DNA from: Malacoraja senta | Taxonomy: Eukaryota | Assembly: GCA_038087875.1 (NCBI GenBank) | Contig: CM075977.1 | Span: 312,232,001 to 312,296,000 of the forward strand | DNA: 64,000 nucleotides | Direction: 5' to 3' | Shown: one piece after another, positions 60,801 to 64,000 of the stretch | Layout of the letters: each line of letters opens with the position of its first letter | Position numbering within the stretch: the stretch's first letter is position 1 | The notes under the pieces: generated by a model | Database searches by the model: none | What the model saw: only the letters and a program-made list of their open reading frames with translations | What the model was told of the DNA's origin: nothing | Made by a program: the position numbers and the translations under genes

Positions 60801-63035
60801 AGATACGGATTGAACAGCCTTCCATGGTCTTAACAGACTGATATCAGTGTATTAGGATTGGTGCCACTGAAAAGGTATCCATCTGTGGACAGATGGAATA
60901 TGGAAGAAGTATTATTTTACAGACATGGAGAATCAACATTTTAAAGTCTATTGGAAGGCTTATGAGCTACAAGCTTGTTGTTAAATACAACTAATCTGCA
61001 TGTTCAGTTTCAAATTAACAACACTACATCAATGGCATGTATTAATTGTATGCGTGGAATTTCCATGATAACAAAGAATGGATGTTTAACCTTAAGATTT
61101 TTTTAATGATATAATAGTCAGATTTGGGAAGCCAGATATGACTTGTTTCCATCCAGACTCAATCACCAGTTACAGAGATATGTGTTATGGGACTACATCG
61201 GGAGACAGTAGCGATGGATGTTTCTCGCTATATTAGGATGGTATGTTGTTATATGTATTTTAATTCATCCTGTCTCATAAATCGGTGTCTGCTTAAAACG
61301 AAGCAGTATGCTGCCTCTGGGGTATTCGTGGTACCAGACGGGTCTATGCAGCCATGGTTCCCTTTGATATTGGAATTTATGACACAGTTTCTGATAAATG
61401 TTCCCAAAAGAAGGAAGTTACTGGTGTATTCGATAATTGGAGAGTAACATCCGTCATATGCCTGTATGGATGCAGGTTTAAAAAAAGAGGATTGTCTGGG
61501 CATGCTGTGGACATGCTTACAGCAGTCTGGCGGAAGAGTACTCAAAAGCAGTACATTTGTGAATCTGAGTTGTGACTCTGTGAATACTGCTTTCCCATTA
61601 TGTAAAGAATGAGGGGAAAAAATTTCTGCGTATAAAAGAATATGGAATGTTGTACGGCACATGTCTCAAATATCTTGGATTGACCTCTATTTAAGGGGTT
61701 GAGGTATAGTGCGATTTATTCACACAGAAGTATATTATTCCTCGTTTTTATTTGATGAGGTTGGAAAGACATCCTGTTGAGTCTCGTTCTTTTATTTCCA
61801 GATTAATGAAAGGAATTTTAATTCCAGACCTTCTAAACCTAGGAGGGAATCTGGAATATAGAATTGTTTTAAGCTACTTCATCAATGGAGTCTTGGTACG
61901 ATTCTGATTTGGCCAAGTTCAGCATGAAGGTAGTCATGTTTATGGCACTTGTAACATTACAAAGTTACAGATACACAGAAGTACCTCAGGATTATGTTAT
62001 GTTTTACATTTTATGAACTACTCAAATGAAGTAGGATCAGGTGTGACAGGATTCAAGATTGTTTTATTAACATATTCTATGGATCCATGTCTATATGTTA
62101 AGACATATTTATTGCAAAAAATTGAGGCTACAAAGATCTTATGAAATATGAAAACAAGATTGTTTATCATTCACAAAAAACCATACAAGATAGTGTCAGT
62201 TTAGACTATTTTAAGATGGTTAAAAACAAGTTTTAGTTGCTGCACGTGTGAACATTGATGGTTTTACATTCCATTCAGTTTAGCAGCAACATTGACGACC
62301 AGGGCGAAGGAAGTCCCGTCGATCATATTCTCACAGCCGCCAGGTGATCTAATAAATTGGTGTTTCAACACTTTTACCATCGGGCTATTGCCAATACGGG
62401 GCTGTTTGCAGATACTATATTAAGTTCTGCTTAATTTTCCCTGGGATAAAGGGGATACTATTAATTCTTTTATTCAAATAAATGAATTACTGCATTTGTG
62501 GTACAAATGTTATTATTAATGCATTATTGAATATTCTCGTTCCGAGTCAATCAATGCAGTGAGAAGCCGGGATTTGTCTGCGGCATGAAATCACAAAGCT
62601 TTAAAATCTTCACGTAGTCACTCACGTGACTCCGAAGTAAAATAGTAAGATTAAACGAGAACTTACCAAGTTTGAAGTTTGATCTTTATTTTATGAGGAG
62701 TTACGTTGGTGATTACATGCCCACCACGGCCCAACCCTCTATCATAAAGGTCAGATGGAAGTTCTTGTATTACTCGTTTTATTATGTTACTATAGTACTT
62801 CGTTTGTTGTTGTTTGTGATTTCACACCGCTGCTTCGAAGATTGACGCGCAGGCGCACTGGCGGGGTTCTTCACGTAATCACCAACGTAACTCCTCATAA
62901 AATAAAGATCAAACTTCAAACTTGGTAAGTTCTCGTTTAATCTTACTATTAAACACTTCAACCTCAAATAAGCTCTGAACTGCAATAGACTATTATTATT
63001 ACTATTATTATTGCATTACTATTGTTTGTTTTTTG

Positions 63036-63090
<55 letters not shown>

Positions 63091-63279
63091 AAATATGTGT
63101 AAATATATATATACAGTATGTGTGTACTTGTGAGTATGTGTATACATACAGACTACTTTTTTCTCTCTCGTTTATCATATTGTTTACAGTGTACCATGTT
63201 TACATATTCTGTTGTGCTGCAACAAGTACGAATTTCATTGTTCTATCTGGGACATATTACAATAAAACACTCTTGACTC
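57853..63279 (+). mobile_element. Rex1/Babar 3' end (57853-58180 and 62951-63279) split by the DIRS insertion
   Basis: NFYRCTVESILTGCIIAWFGN..RKRLQKV..SFFPTAIRL on the left. The sequence resumes ctatt|aaacac on the right, followed by a 3'UTR with (TA)n and an aataaa..cttgactc tail. Confidence 0.85.
58176..62950 (+). mobile_element. DIRS1-like tyrosine-recombinase retrotransposon: intact ITRs and ICR, decayed gag / RT-RNaseH / methyltransferase / YR
   Basis: ITR 58205-58239 = revcomp 62843-62877. ICR 62607-62716 is complementary to both termini. Remnant motifs: RHFKMET (~60114), IDLKDVYY (~60181), LSNGLTSVPRI, LDDVLI (~60365), QTDxS, QINNTT (RNase H), DLFxSRLNHQL..VVPDxSMQPWFP (MT, ~61124-61365), WRKSTQKQY, LMKGIFNSRPSKPR, HKKPY..ILRWLK, FHS, ILTAAR..FQHFYHR (YR, ~61528-62385). 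Confidence 0.93.
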
Positions 63280-64000
63280 AATCGTCATTACAAAATTCAA
63301 AACAAAGGATGGATATGGCATACCACATCACTTTAACTATGATGTTGATCAGCATTATGAGGAGATAGAGATCTGTTCTGTGGGATTCGAGGATGAAATA
63401 ACAGGTAGAATAAACATGGAGCCAGGGGGCTAAAAAAGTAAAAAAGGATGTTGGCAATGTGGTAGGAAATGAAAGATTGAGTGTATGTAGATATTTTGTG
63501 AGGAGATTTAAAGGGAGGAAGACAAACTGTGAAAGAGACAACAATTTAGAAAGTCAATTGGCATTGGGCTAATATGGTCAGAAGTTTGGTGGGAAATGGT
63601 AATGAGGGAGCAAGAAGTGGACTTCATGACCAAGTGACATTTGGTGTAGAGGGTGAGAGGTGGATGGGAAACCAGAAAGTGCTTCAATACAAGAGTGAAA
63701 GGAAATCAAAGTAGCTTTTTGGCTTGGTGAAGATGGAAAAGAGGAAGCAGCTGAGGCAGAGCACGGTCTCTGTGTTGGCAAAGGATGGAAAGAATCCCCT
63801 AATTGTTAGAGGTGATGGGAAAGAATGGGAAATAAGCCAGAAATTAGTTAACATTGCAGTTTGCTGTGATCAAGATTTGTTGAGGTCATCCAGTATTTAT
63901 GGATGCACTAAGGATTTAGTGGGGAGACATTTAAGTATTTGAGAATGCGAACAAAACACGATGTGCTGGTGGAACTCTGCGGCAGGCAACATCTAGTGAG

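Noticed and set aside
58205-62877. Cut-and-paste DNA transposon, because of the inverted repeats
   Set aside because: The ICR and the RT/RNase H/YR remnants identify it as DIRS-type.
1-64000. CRISPR arrays, rRNA, prokaryotic operons or viral genes
   Set aside because: None seen. The recurring repeats are LINE/SINE/PLE pieces, and most small ORFs are antisense or alternative frames of these.

Overview
Vertebrate nuclear DNA, most likely from a cartilaginous fish (skate or ray). This is inferred from the repeat set: HE1-type V-SINEs, abundant CR1/HER1-like LINEs, Rex1/Babar and Penelope-like repeats. The only host coding sequence I can support is coding exon 1 of SRD5A3 (polyprenal/polyprenol reductase; minus strand, 951->746) in a CpG-island promoter. 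The other ~63 kb upstream has no recognisable exons and is densely packed with transposons. The main observations are: (i) a DIRS1-type tyrosine-recombinase retrotransposon (58176-62950) with perfectly intact ITR/ICR cis-elements, a readable 5-bp CTATT recombination core and completely decayed ORFs; (ii) a very young 5'-truncated L1 with an uninterrupted ~870-codon ORF2 flanked by a perfect 98-bp direct duplication; (iii) a Penelope-like element and many short derivatives carrying a minimal hammerhead-ribozyme-like motif, several as head-to-head units with 13-14-bp TSDs; (iv) a hAT MITE with its transposase-bearing relative, and a CpG-rich MITE; (v) several local fold-back inverted duplications; (vi) non-repetitive GATA/FOX/ETS/E-box motif clusters, which are candidate endothelial enhancers if the mammalian SRD5A3-KDR neighbourhood is conserved. 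Boundaries of old repeats are approximate, and no database searches were run.
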